From Selaginella moellendorffii (Eukaryota; Plantae; Lycopodiophyta): a DNA stretch of 64,000 nucleotides. This document shows, piece by piece, positions 25,701 to 38,400 of the stretch. Each line of letters begins with the position of its first letter. Position 1 is the first letter of the stretch. The stretch spans positions 3,420,451 through 3,484,450 of the forward strand of contig NW_003314263.1 of the NCBI RefSeq assembly GCF_000143415.4, read 5' to 3'. The translations under genes and the position numbers were made by a program. The notes below the pieces were generated by a model, which searched no databases, was not told where the DNA came from, and saw only the letters and a list, made by a program, of their open reading frames with translations.

Positions 25701-28700
25701 GCCAGCCCTCCCAGCCAAGGATCCATAGCAACTGAGACTGGGTGTCCCTATCTCATTCACCACGTCCTTGGTGCCCTTTGCACCAAAGTGTTCAAGTTAG
25801 ATATGCGGAGCTTTCACTCTAAGCAATCTAACCGTGCATCACGACTCCGAGGCATCCCTCGCTTGGCGGTGTGCCCAAACCAGTCTCCACACTGAGAGTC
25901 CATGACCATCGAAAAATGAGTGTCCTCATATTCCAAACCATCACCACGCCCTAGTGAGTTGGGACTCGAACCCAAGCACTAGAGGGTCAGGACTCGAACC
26001 CAACCTCCGTATATGCATCTACAGACTGCATCACCCAAGATGCCTGGCGTGACTCCCCATGCCGGTGCACCAACTTATACTCAAAGTGCGCTATAGATCA
26101 CAGCTTAGGAACCTAGTTCCTTCACACTGCCAAGTCCTTTCACTTGACAAGTCTGTGATCATGCATGGATTCCTCCATGCTTGGCCCCATTGCCCACCCT
26201 TTTTGAAGTTATCACCTTCAACTAGGGTATGTGTTCCCCTGACTTGCCCATCTTGCTTTGGCAAGTCATCCGACCACTGTAACATGGTTCCTGCACAAGC
26301 GTGAAAGCCCTTGATCATTGACTTTCGTTCAAAGCCCTCTCTTTGAACACTCGGGAACTACCTCCCTAGCCTTGATAGCCTTGCCTCATGGCAAGCTTCA
26401 ATACCACGCTTCTGCTGCGCCACTCTGATTTCGTGCGTTCCTTGAACCATTTACGTTTGGCCTTTCTAGGTACTAAGCTACCTAGAATCATCTTAACCTT
26501 GAAGGAACTCTGTCCCTTAGCTTGCTAAGGCTTCCCCTTTTGCAAGCTTTCCAATTACTATATAGTCTAACATAGACAATTCCATATTTTAGACTCTCCA
26601 TGGCATCACGGTTGCTAGCGGCAACACCCTCGAGCCCCCACTTGATTCTCGACTCCCAAATGGCGTAACCAACCTTGGTTATGCCCTTCAATTCCTATGG
26701 TCTAGTTCTACCCTCATACTTCTTGCTTTTGGCTTCACACCTTTCCTTTGGTCATTCTCCTCCAGACCAGGAGGATAGCTTTGCACGTTCTATCATGCCT
26801 TAGCAAGTATTCTTAGGGATGAACTTACCCGATAGCTTAGGGAGTGGTTCCTCAATCCAGGTATGCTCACCCTATAATCCCATACACCGAGATTACGTTG
26901 TTGCTTATGGGCCTTTACATGCCCATCGCTAGCCTTGCCAAAATTCCATTTTTGGCTTTGTCCAATTCGAGTAGATAGTCTTCTCCTGTCTCCGCCACTT
27001 TAGACATTTGGATAGCACCTTCCGTAAGGGTATATCCAATTTCCTTATGCCATTAAGAAGGCTTGGGTAGCTACCTTCTACCTGTTTAACCAATTATTTT
27101 GCACCTTTTGCTTAGTTGCCTCATAGTTGTCAAGTCCTACAACTCATTGCTGGTGCTTCCACACCCCATCATTATTTAGGTCACCACACTCCAACTGCAT
27201 GCTCTGCAGCTTAGGCTATGCCATTCCCATTTCCATTGGGATTCCTTTGGCAAGGGGTTCTCATGAACCCACCAACATAGCCTCAAGGTATCACACCTTG
27301 GCACATTTGGTGTCTCCACACCATCGGCTCCACGAGCCTACCTCTATAACACTTCTTCTTTGTGTTTAAGTCTTTGCCAAGACCAATACCACTCTTTCTC
27401 ATGCCAACCATCCGTTAGCACTGCACCATAAAGGTCACACACAACTTTGTTTCAAAGTTGTTTTTTTTTTGGGAACACCCTTCCCATGACTTTAGCATGG
27501 CACATTTTGCCATCGATGAGATACCCTTTGTTCTCATCCTTGGATCCTATGATCCCCCCCATCCTTCGTGGGGTACCACACACTTCAGTCCAAATGCTTT
27601 CATCAATCCTTTAAGACTATTCCTTGACTCTACTTGAGTCATCCAGCAGTTTTGGACTTGGTTAATCCACAGATCCGTAAGGTCCTACTTGTCGGGCACT
27701 AGCTCACTGGAATACACTTCTTACATTCATGTCCTCACTCATAAGGACTATTTTCACAAGTGTTGCTCTGACACTTGATTTTGTTCTCTGGGGCAACCTT
27801 TGCCCCTTAGGACTACTTGTCTATGTGATGAGAATACCAACTCATTTCTAAGTACACCCCCAACTCCTTGGGTTGTTCCAGCATTTATTAAAGGTAGCCC
27901 TGGTTACCATTTCAAGGACTAGAGTCCTCTTCCGTATTTGACCTCCCACGGTCATTACTTCTGGTCTTACATTCATGAGCACCAACCTCAACTATATGAG
28001 GATAATCTTGTGACTCCTTTATTGCTTTGGAGTCTTTATCTTTCCCGTGATCCCAACTATAGTTGTTTACCACAACTACATTAGCCAGTTTGCTAAGTCA
28101 AACGCTCATCTGGATCACATCCTCAACTCTCTGAGGAAAACCATATATTGTTCTCAAGATCCCAAAGTCGTTCCTTTACTGGCCCCTTTTCTATCCACCA
28201 CATCGTGCCCAAGTTCATGCGTGAACTCGAGTGGAGAGCCATGTCCTCTCGACGTGCTACTCCTCAAGGATAGGCCCACTCCTAGGACCTTTCGATGCCA
28301 ATATCAATGGTGATATACTTGAGTACCAATAAAAGTCGGACTAAGGAACAGCTTTGATACCAAGTTGTAAGCGACTAATTTTTCCATTCTACTTTAGTCA
28401 CTTAACCACACCTCCGACCATTTGGAGGAGTCTCATTCACAACCTCCATAAGTCCAATTCAGGACTTGGGACTTGCTAGCCCCAAGAATGACATCCGTGC
28501 CACTCAACCGTTGCACTTGGTCCAAGTGCTCCACGTGTCTGGTCCCATGACCGACACCCAAAGGTACCACTGATAGTTCGGCCCGTTACACTAAGGCCAT
28601 GCCCATTCACCTTTGCTGCACTGGTGGTCTAATACCACTTGCATCACAGTCCCGTCTCCCCAAGACTAGGCCATCCGTCCTGGAGTGGTCATCCCAGATC

Positions 28701-30283
28701 CACTCCTTAGCATCCTTAGGATGCCCACCGACAAAGGGAATAGCCTTCCCCAATATCCCTCTGCCAGCCCCCACTAAGTCCCTTTTTGCCTTTGGCCGTG
28801 TTTGCCAACACTACCACTGGATCGAGGCCCACAGGCCCGACCACTAAGTCCCACAGTCCTCTGGGACTTCCTCACCACACGACCGTGTCCTTGGTCACAC
28901 CCTAGAGGACTGCTCCTCTTCCTTTCCATAGTCTGGGCCTTTGGGACGATATTTTGGAACACCATGGCCTTACGCGAGCCACCTAGGTACTTGTAAGCTC
29001 CTGAGTTTGGACTTCCTAGGAGGTCACCCAGCCCAGTACTATTCAAAACCAAGGACGCTTAACCCCAAATATCCCAAGACCCTTAACCTGATTGGAAAAG
29101 GGGGTGCACTCTTGTTCATGGGCTCTTTCCCTCTATATTTGAACCCCTATGAATCGTCTCTCAAGTCGTTCTCTTTGGTTGCTTACAATACTTTCCTCGC
29201 CTTCCGCCCTTGGGTGCTCTAGCCATGGGCTTAGAGCGAGGTTCCATTGAGCCACGCCTGGTATCCAAGTAGGTAGTGCCACCCACACTTGGACTGGGAG
29301 CATCGGCCAGTCGATCTCCCGGGGGAACTAGAGCCGGCTCTTGAACACTTCACCAAGCTACCCCACTTGTTGGTCCGTATTCACTCTAGTCTTAGACTTT
29401 CCAGTGGTCAGTTCATCACCCAACATTGGGTCTGGCCTTTCCTGGCCAAACTGGCTCCACTGCAGTCCTCCCCCTTACTATACTTTTGGAGCTCACCAAA
29501 CCCCCCAGGGTCTGGGAGATGAACGCTTTGGGCTTTCACCCTCTCAGACTCGAACTCAGACTCGGACTCGGACTCGGACTCAGACTCGGACTTGGACTCG
29601 GACTCGGACTCGGGCTTGGTCTCGGCCTCCGCCTCGGTCTCGGTCTCGGTCCCGGTCTTGGTCTCGGTCTCGGTCTCGGTCCCGGTCTCGGTCTCGGTCT
29701 CGGTCTCAGTCTTGGTCCCGGTCTCGGTCTCGGTCTCAGTCTTGGTCCCGGTCTCGGTCTTGACCTTGGACTTCATCTCGGGTCCATCTCGGACTCCATC
29801 TCGGATTCCATCTCGGGTCCATCTCGGACTCCATCTGGGACTCCGTCTCGGTCCATCTCGGACTCCATCTCGGACTCCATCTCGGTCCATCTCGGACTCC
29901 ATCTCGGACTCTGTCTCGGTCCATCTCGGACTCTATCTCGGACTCCACTTCAGACTCCATCTCGGACTCCACCTCGGACTCCATCTCGGACTCTGTCTCG
30001 GTCCATCTCGGACTCCATCTCGGACTCCATCTTGGACTCCACCTCGGACACTTCCACGTGTCATGTGTTGGTCCTTTTTGGGTCCCTTTTTTGGAGCCTC
30101 GCTTATTGCTCGCTTCGTGCTTGTTCCTCGAGCACTTTGTTGGGAGTTCCACTCCCGCTCTCGGCCTTCCAAGTCAGAGCTTTTAGTCCAAACGTGTTAC
30201 ACTCGTTTGGCTTTCACTTCGGCCACTATCACGTGGCACCATTTCCAGCTCCACTTTGGGGCCTAGGGATTTTGTGTCTCATA
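22709..30283 (-). mobile_element. full-length non-autonomous LTR retroelement, family A copy 2 (3' LTR 22709-24435; 5' LTR 28366-30283)
   Basis: Perfect TSD GGTCG (22704-22708, 30284-30288); PBS rc gctttgatacca 28351-28362; PPT rc actccaccaccc after 24435; internal region colinear with copy 1. Confidence 0.92.
28992..29187 (-). mobile_element. 196-bp solo LTR with 5S rRNA-derived Pol III promoter segment (Cassandra-like TRIM)
   Basis: Absent from the sister LTR; TGTAAGC...GCTTACA inverted ends; TSD GTACT/ATACT; minus strand 29064-29009 reads GGTTAAGCGTCCTTGG...TAGTACTGGGCTGGGTGACCTCCTAGGAAGTCC, matching the A-box to C-box half of plant 5S rRNA. Confidence 0.85.
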
Positions 30284-33200
30284 GGTCGGCCATGCCCAAC
30301 CTACCCACACTATCCCTACTATACATTTGGAACCCCCCACAGCCCCGCCCCCCTCCTGCCCCCCCCCACCCCGGGACTAAAACAAAACTAACAAAGGGCA
30401 TGATAGTGAGGGTGTTTGGCAGACACGGTAAGCTATTATCTAGCGAATATTGAGGGACCAATTTTAATATCACGGGGGTTCTTGATACTAGCAAGTGCAA
30501 GCCAATGACTCAAGTTTCTCAAACTAGGCTGAGTATGCTTAGCAAGAAACACATAGGGTTCCTACCTTATGTTTATCCAATCTAAGTACATAGTCATTGA
30601 CCAGTTTCTCAACTACCTCAAGTGGGAAACTAATAATGGGTCCAACAATACCAACCTCCTGCCGTCGTGGTAGTAAGGAAAGAATATCTGAAAGAACTAG
30701 ATGATAAGTAACTTTCGATACCCAAAGTCACATTCGCGACACTCTCCCCCCTTAGGAAAGATCGACGTCCTCGTCGATGCATACTCCAGTCTAGAATACC
30801 GCCAAGGAAACAACTCTAGAAAAGTTCATAGTATTCACACTATATGAGAAATGCACCAACTTAAATGAGTTAAGAGGCAACCTCTTTGTCTAACACGGAT
30901 GCACTACCAGCTTAGACATCTTCTGGCCGTCGTTGACAAGGAAATGACCAACAAAGTTAGCCACCCTTGCTGCTCTAGTTGTCACCTAGCTTACAAAAGT
31001 GTGATATGCCCCTGCCCGCAAGTGGCATAGAGAGAGAAGCTAGAGGCCCTAACCCTCATGAGTAAAGAAACCAAACCCGTCGATAAGGTTTAGATAGACT
31101 ACTATAAACAGGCAGTTAGAGTTGTTTACATGGTCACGCCCTTTTAATGGAATAAGAAACATCGACAGAGAGGCGGGTTATGTGACTTGTTGATAATAGT
31201 TACCCCATGACTAGAGATTTCACCATGCACACGAAGTGCTGAAGCCATTTTGCATATACTGGCCCAAACTCAAAGATCAAGAGATGAACAATATCAAAGT
31301 CATCAGACAATGATATCTTAGAGTCTTTATTATTAGTGAATAAATCTTAGATGAGAACACAAAAGTATTCTAAGTAAGTTATCATTCGAGAAACTAGTAT
31401 TATAGTAGATAGGAACCACCAAGATCATCATAATTGGTAAACACAGGAATCACCATCCAACAAAATTCAATAGCAAGTATATCATCAAGTAAACTCAATG
31501 ATGAAACTTAACTACCGAAGATAGCAGATAGTATGCCAAACAACTTACTAAAGATAACTCAAAGAACACAAAGTATCATTGACTGACAAGCACAATGCTC
31601 GCGAATGTATCACCCAAAGGAAAGAACATCCAACCTATCAAGACTAACTCAAATAATAATCAACATAATAGAATGAATGCGGTAAGACCAATAAACACCC
31701 ATTCATGCCAACTATCACAAAAGCCAATCTGAACAGATCCCAGTCAACAATACCAATGAACTAGAGTTGCTCAAGCAAGCATCGGCAACATCTTACTAAT
31801 GTCTCAAACCTAAGAGACCAATCCAAGGCAAACCACAAATAACATGTGGTATTGCAAAAAGCTATAAATCATCAAAGAGAACAACTAACCATCATGAAAG
31901 ATCATTAATCATCCCATCAATACAGAGATACATAATCATCGTTAAAGAAAGAATCTACTATCCCGAAGAATAGCAACTCAGTCTATATTAACAATAATCA
32001 AGCAAAACTCTTAACAAGGATAATCAATTATCTTAGATGATAGTCAATCATCACCAATGATTACTAGATGCAAAAGCTAACTTCAACATCGAAGTTAATG
32101 AGCCAAAAATGCCTTCCCCAACAACTTTTAACTAATGGAACAATGAGCATCAAACTTAAAGAACCAAAATCGTGAAGAAGTCTATAGCTAAGTCTTGCCT
32201 AACAATGATCACAAGTTTCGCATGAGCTAACTTCAATGCTAAAGAAGAAATTATGGTACAAACCACAATATTTTGCTCAACACATTTATAAGTTAAACTT
32301 CATAATGCCAAAGCTAATGGAGAGCATATCCGCATCAATCCAAAAGCCAAGCACAACGAAGTTATGCTTAACAAGTGATTATCAAACCGATCCTCCATGA
32401 ATCCATAGACATAACTCACTTTAAAAGAAGTACAAGAAGAATCACCAATGATCAATATATCCCAACTCAAATCCTATAAGGATTCAAACATTTCAATATC
32501 AAACACTAACTCTTCCACTTATAGAGTTAGTATAGTGCATGACTAAATCACTTTTCAAGGAGAAGCTCAAAGCTCAACCCCTACTATATAATCTCGTCTA
32601 GAACACAACTAACTCAAACTTGCTATTCAATTCATTTGAACGTCAACATAGTTGCTAACTAACAAATGCATGAATGTTAATAACACAAAGCTACAACCAA
32701 ATCATCAACACTATCTCTATCAAGACTAATGAAACTCAATATCAATCCTAAGGATAAACATCTCATCTCACTTGAATCTCAACATCAATAATATCAATGA
32801 CAAGGCATCACTTCAATGCCATCAACACCATAACAAAGCTAGAAGAAAGCAAGAGTGAATCACCACCTAAAACTCTTTAGCAACTAAGCTAACCAAAGTC
32901 GAAGATTCTATACTCAGTATCCAAGACCAGTTCTTCAATAATATTCAGCTATAGATAACACTTCATTAAGGAGTGAATCACCACATCCAAGACTCAATGA
33001 AATCCAACACTACAAACTAAACGCAACCAAATGATATCAATAGAGGTAGAGTTGATATGCCAACATGGAAAACCCATGTAACTGTAACGACACGATCCTT
33101 TGCAACACCATCTGGTAAAGCAAGCACATCATTGCTAAATCATCATCAAGTGAAGCAAGTGTCAAACAGTCCTCAACAAAGTCTACAAACAATCACTAGT

Positions 33201-33482
33201 CGCAAAGCAACCAACAATTACTTTTCAACTTGCCTTTCACAAGACCTAAACACTAAGCTCACATCATTGAGTCATATACTTGTCTAACATGAACGTAATA
33301 CCCCAGGTATGAGATAAAAGTTCATGGACAAGCACAAACTAAATGACCACTCAAATCTAACTCAACCACGATAAGCTCACCAACACGTTTAGCCAATAGC
33401 TCTAAGCATGCCTTGAAGAGGCTAGCTATGCATGATCATCACTCAGTCGAAACTAAAGTAAAGACCATGAAATGGACTCATA

Positions 33483-35419
33483 TGTGAGACATAAAATCCC
33501 TAGGCCCCAAAGTGGAGCCGGAAGGGTGCCATGTGGTAGTGGCCAAAGCGAAAGCCAAACGAGCATAACACGTTTGGACTAAAAGCTCTGACTTGAAAGG
33601 TCGAGAGCGGGAGTGGAACTCCCAACAAAGTGCTCGAGGAGCAAGCATGAAGCGAGCAATAAGCAAGGCTCCAAAAAGGGACCCAAAAGGACCAACACAT
33701 GACACGTGGAAGTGTCCAAGATGGAATCCGAGATGGAGTCCAAGATGGACCGAGATGGAGTCTGAGATGGACCGAGACGGAGTCCGAGATGGAGTCCGAG
33801 ATGGACCGAGATGGACCGAGATGGAGTCCAAGATGGAGACCGAGATGGAGTCCAAGATGGAGACCGAGATGGACCTGAGATGGAGTCCGAGATGGACCCA
33901 AGATGGAATCCGAGATGGACTTGAGATGGAATCCGAGGTCGAGACCGAGACCGCGACCAAGACCAGGACCGAGACTAGGCCCGAGACCGGGACCGAGACC
34001 AAGACTGAGACGGAGATCAGGGCCGAGACTGAGGCCGAGTCCGAGTCCGAGTCTGAGTCTGAGTTCAAGTCTGAGAGGGTGAAAGCCCAAAGCGTTCGTC
34101 TCCCAGACCCTAGGGGGTTTGGTGAGCTCCAAAAGTATAGTAGGGGGAGGACTGCAGTGGAGCCAATTTGGCCTAGGAAGGCTGTACCCAATATTGGGTG
34201 ATGAGTTGCCCACTGGGCAGTCCAAGACTAGAGTGAACACGGACCGACAAGTGGGGTAGCTTGGTGAAGTGTTCAAGAGCCGACTCTAGTTCCCCCGGGA
34301 GATCGACTGGCCGATGCTCCCAGTCCAAGTGTGGGTGGCACTACCTATCAAGACCCCCAACAAGATCAAGACTAGAAAATGCAAAAGACAAAGAGAAAAG
34401 CTAGTGAATAACAAAGAAAAGGCCTTAGACTGGTGTTGATTCAGATTGTGGAGAAATGGAACAAGGCTAACCTATATATACTATAGGTTGATGAAGCTCC
34501 ACCACTCTTAGATCGAGGACGGCCTAAATATAGTTGAGGTTGAGGAGGCGCCACATCATCATCAGGAATCTGGCTCGAGACTCAAGAATCGTACAGGAAA
34601 TCAGAGAGTCAGGAATAAGGAAGTGTCTCGAGAGTCAGGAATGTGGTCTGCAGGTCAGGAATCCAGTGAGAGTCAGGAATGTGGCAAGAATTGGGGGATT
34701 CCTGACACTACCTACTTGGATACCTAGCATGGCTCAACAGAACCTTGCTCTAAGCCCATGGCTAGAGCACCCAAAGGCGGAAGGTGGGGAGAGTACCCAC
34801 GAGGCTCGCATAAAGCCATGGTGTTCCGAAATGTTGCCCCAAAGTCCCAGATTGTGAAAAGGAGGAGGAGCCATCCTCTAGTGTAGTGACTAAGGATATG
34901 GTCACATGGTGAGGAAGTCCCAAAGGACAATGGATTTAGTGGCCGGGCTTGCAGGCCTTGATCTAGTGGTAGTGTTGGGGAACATGGCCATGGACAGAAA
35001 AGGGACTTGGTAGGAACTAACAAAGGGATATTGGGGAAGGCTATTCCCCATGTCTGTGGGCATCCTAAGGATGCTAAGGAGTGGATCTGGGATGACCACT
35101 CCAGGACGGATGGCCTAGTCTTGGGGAGACGGGACTGTGATGCAAGTGGTATTAGACCACCAGTGCAGCAAAGGTGAATGGGCATGGCCTTAGTGTAACG
35201 GGCCGAACTATCAGTGGTACCTTTGGGTGTCGGTCATGGGACCAGACACGTGGAGCACTTGGACCAAGTGCAACGGTTGAGTGGCACGGATGTCATTCTT
35301 GGGGCTAGCAAGTCCCCAAGTTCGGAATAGGACTTATGGAGGTTGTGAGTGAGACTCCTCAAAGTGGTCAGAGGTGTGGTTAAGTGACTAAAGTAGAATG
35401 GAAAATTTAGTCTCTTACA
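33483..35419 (+). mobile_element. solo LTR of family A inserted in the family B internal region
   Basis: TGTGAGAC...CTTACA; perfect TSD TCATA (33478-33482, 35420-35424). Confidence 0.92.
34346..34707. mobile_element. 362-bp solo LTR-like insert (family C) with tcaggaat repeats
   Basis: Interrupts the family A LTR; TSD CTACC on both sides; imperfect inverted ends tatcaagacccccaa / ttgggggattcctgaca. Confidence 0.8.
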
Positions 35420-38400
35420 TCATATTGGTACACAACCTCCTCATAGACAAAGCTATAGTACGGGTACTAACATCTCAACCTCTAACAACTAAGTTGAAAA
35501 TCACTATCCTTAGCCAATGCACAGGGCCACCAAGACCAAATCAAAATTAGTGAGAGCTCACTACTCTCATAGAGTTTAATGAAATGCAAAATGCAACTTG
35601 CTACCAAGCATAATGCTATGAAAGAATGACACAAAGGTCACCTTTCTAGAAAAGTGCAATGGCCACTTTTCTACACCAAATCTAAACTCTATCCAACTCA
35701 ATTGCCTTAGCCCCAAAGTCAGCATCCCTTTTGGGTCGCATTATACAAACTACCTACTAAGGTTTAGGCTAACTGAGATCAACTCCAAACCCCTTCACTA
35801 GTTTATACTAGCTTACAAAAACGGAATGGTTTTCGGGCAAAGTGATCAACAGATCAGCCATTGGAAAAGTCTAAGAAAATTTATGGAAAAATTTTTCATC
35901 CTAAAGAAAGAATAACTCTAAGTCTAGGAATACAAACTTTCAAGACTCGATCAACTTCCTCCTACCAACAACTTCATATAGGTTCACCTCAACACAAATT
36001 CTTATGACCCATAGTATGCTTAAACCTCAAACATCTTCTTGTCCATACTTCTGACATCCAACACTGATATTCGCAAAATGCAAAGTGAACATTCAAGGCT
36101 TGATCACGAAGACCACATCTCCAGATATCCACATTGCACTAACACTCTTCTTCAACCACCTTCAAGATCTAATGTAAAGCTAATACACTAACAAGAAAAA
36201 TGACATGGAAAATCAAGCTTTAAGGAAAATTTCTCATTACTCGAAATAACAATGCCACTTCCACTAACACAAGTGCTAGTGATGTCAATGCTTCAACTAC
36301 ACACCTTCTCCATCCAACAATCTACTCTAAGTGTTAACGGATCAACCGATGAGCTATTGGATATGATATAAGTATCACAATGACTTGATCATCAATTGAG
36401 CAACACCACGAGCAATGCCCATATCATTATTTCAAAGGTTTATATGATTATCAAGTGCTAACTCAACTTGACAAAATGCAACATAAATGCCACACCCCAC
36501 CGATAGAGATTTACAACACTTAACACCACTAACTTTTGTTCACAACATGGACAAGCTCATGCCACTCTCTTTCTGACCAAACTCAACACTAATCCAACAC
36601 TAAGCTACTCAAGGAGCAATAGCAAGGTTCCCCGGAAAAGAATTGAGCATTGCAATTCAAGTCTTTCAATAGCAAGCCTAGACAAAATGGTATAGCATTT
36701 CACTGCTATCCATCCCATGACTCACCATTTGTAAAACCATCATTTCCAATATGCATCAAGGTAGGGACTCTTGATTGCATAATGTGAACACGAGTAATGA
36801 GTCAACACCTCGTTGCGAATCATCTCTCTTAGAAGAGAAGATGATTTACGTGTTTGATCCTTTGTCCTTGACAACTCTCTTTTTGGTCTCATCTTTAACT
36901 AAACCTCAAGCTTGCTTTCGCATTGCCTTCAGTTCGATCCAAGAAAAGTTTATGAGAGAGCACAGCAATGATTACTTGAATCAATAAACTCATCCCTATA
37001 GTTTTGATTGATCCACTTGTAATCATGCCTAGGAAGGACCCACTAGTTCCATGCTAAACAGCTATAGACCAGCCTATTTGCCACTCATAGCAAACCCCAG
37101 GAAGGTTTACTTTCACCCATGGTACAAAGAACAACTCATGGAACCACCAATAGGCCAATATTAATCCTGCCAACTCAAAGTGTAATCTTGAGTTGCTAAT
37201 GTGCCTCACTCACGAGCCCAAGTGCAAACTCTTGCATCATAAAGTACAACAAGGTAACTAAATCCATACCCAAGGAACGATTGTGAAGCCTTACATTCAA
37301 ATGTGTACCCACTTGAATCTTCATTTTCATCTCTACGTATGCAACGAGACTAGTTGCCCAATCTCATTGTATAATACTCGCTAAGACTCATCCTCTGATA
37401 CCAAATGTAGCGCATGTGGTTTTGACCCTTTATCTTATAGTGATTTACCATAGGATAACACCACGAAGCAGAACCTAAACCCTCTATATGCCACATGACA
37501 CATGCCACGTGTCATATGCCGCGTGTCTAAAGGACAGTGGCGCAGAACCCGAGGTTTAGGGCCTTGGGCCACTAAACGAAGGAACGGTGTCAAACTCCCA
37601 AGCATGGAGCCAAGGAGTGATGGAACCGGTCCACGGAGCAACTCTCGAGCATACAGCCCAAGGAGCGAAGGGACAGGAGCTCGGAGTGACTTGGAATAGT
37701 CCTAGAGCAACCAACATCCCAATGCCAGAACCAACATGTAAAATGGAGCCAAACAAAGTCTAGTGCTATTTTGGCATACCGGTGGCCTAACGTGAGGATA
37801 TCGGCACTCCACCAGCTAGCATGGAATGGAACTTGAGTTTAGGCCTAAGCTAAGGACAGGCACGCAAGCAGGAGCTAGACTATGCCTCAGGTTAGTTGGC
37901 CATGCCCAATCTACCCACTATTCCTACTATACATTTGGAACCCCCCCCCCCCCCCTCCCCCTTGAGGAACACATGCTTTGGGCTTTCACCCCAAGCCTCC
38001 CTTAGTATCAAGAGTTAGTCTCTGGGACAAACTCAAAACTTACTAAATATGGAATGACACTAGATTGCAAATTTGGATATGAGACGAACACCATTGTGTT
38101 CAGGCCAATCTCTACATTCCGTAGATATGCCAAATGAGCAAATCTAGACACTTTCCATAAATAGCATTTGGGACCGAAATGAGACTAACATAAAAGGCAT
38201 GATAGCGAGGGTGTTTGGCAGACATGGTAAGCTATCATCTAGCGATATTGAGGGACCAATCTCAATACGTAAGGGTTCTTGTCAAGCCAGTGCAAGATAG
38301 AGCAAAAGAGAACTAACAAATTGGGCCAAGTATGCTCAGCTAAATAGACATTTAGGAATTGCTTCCTTATGCTTATCCGGCCAAGTACAGATGCTAAGCC

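Noticed and set aside
29009-29064. Functional 5S rRNA gene
   Set aside because: Only the 3' half is present, embedded in a TSD-flanked 196-bp LTR.
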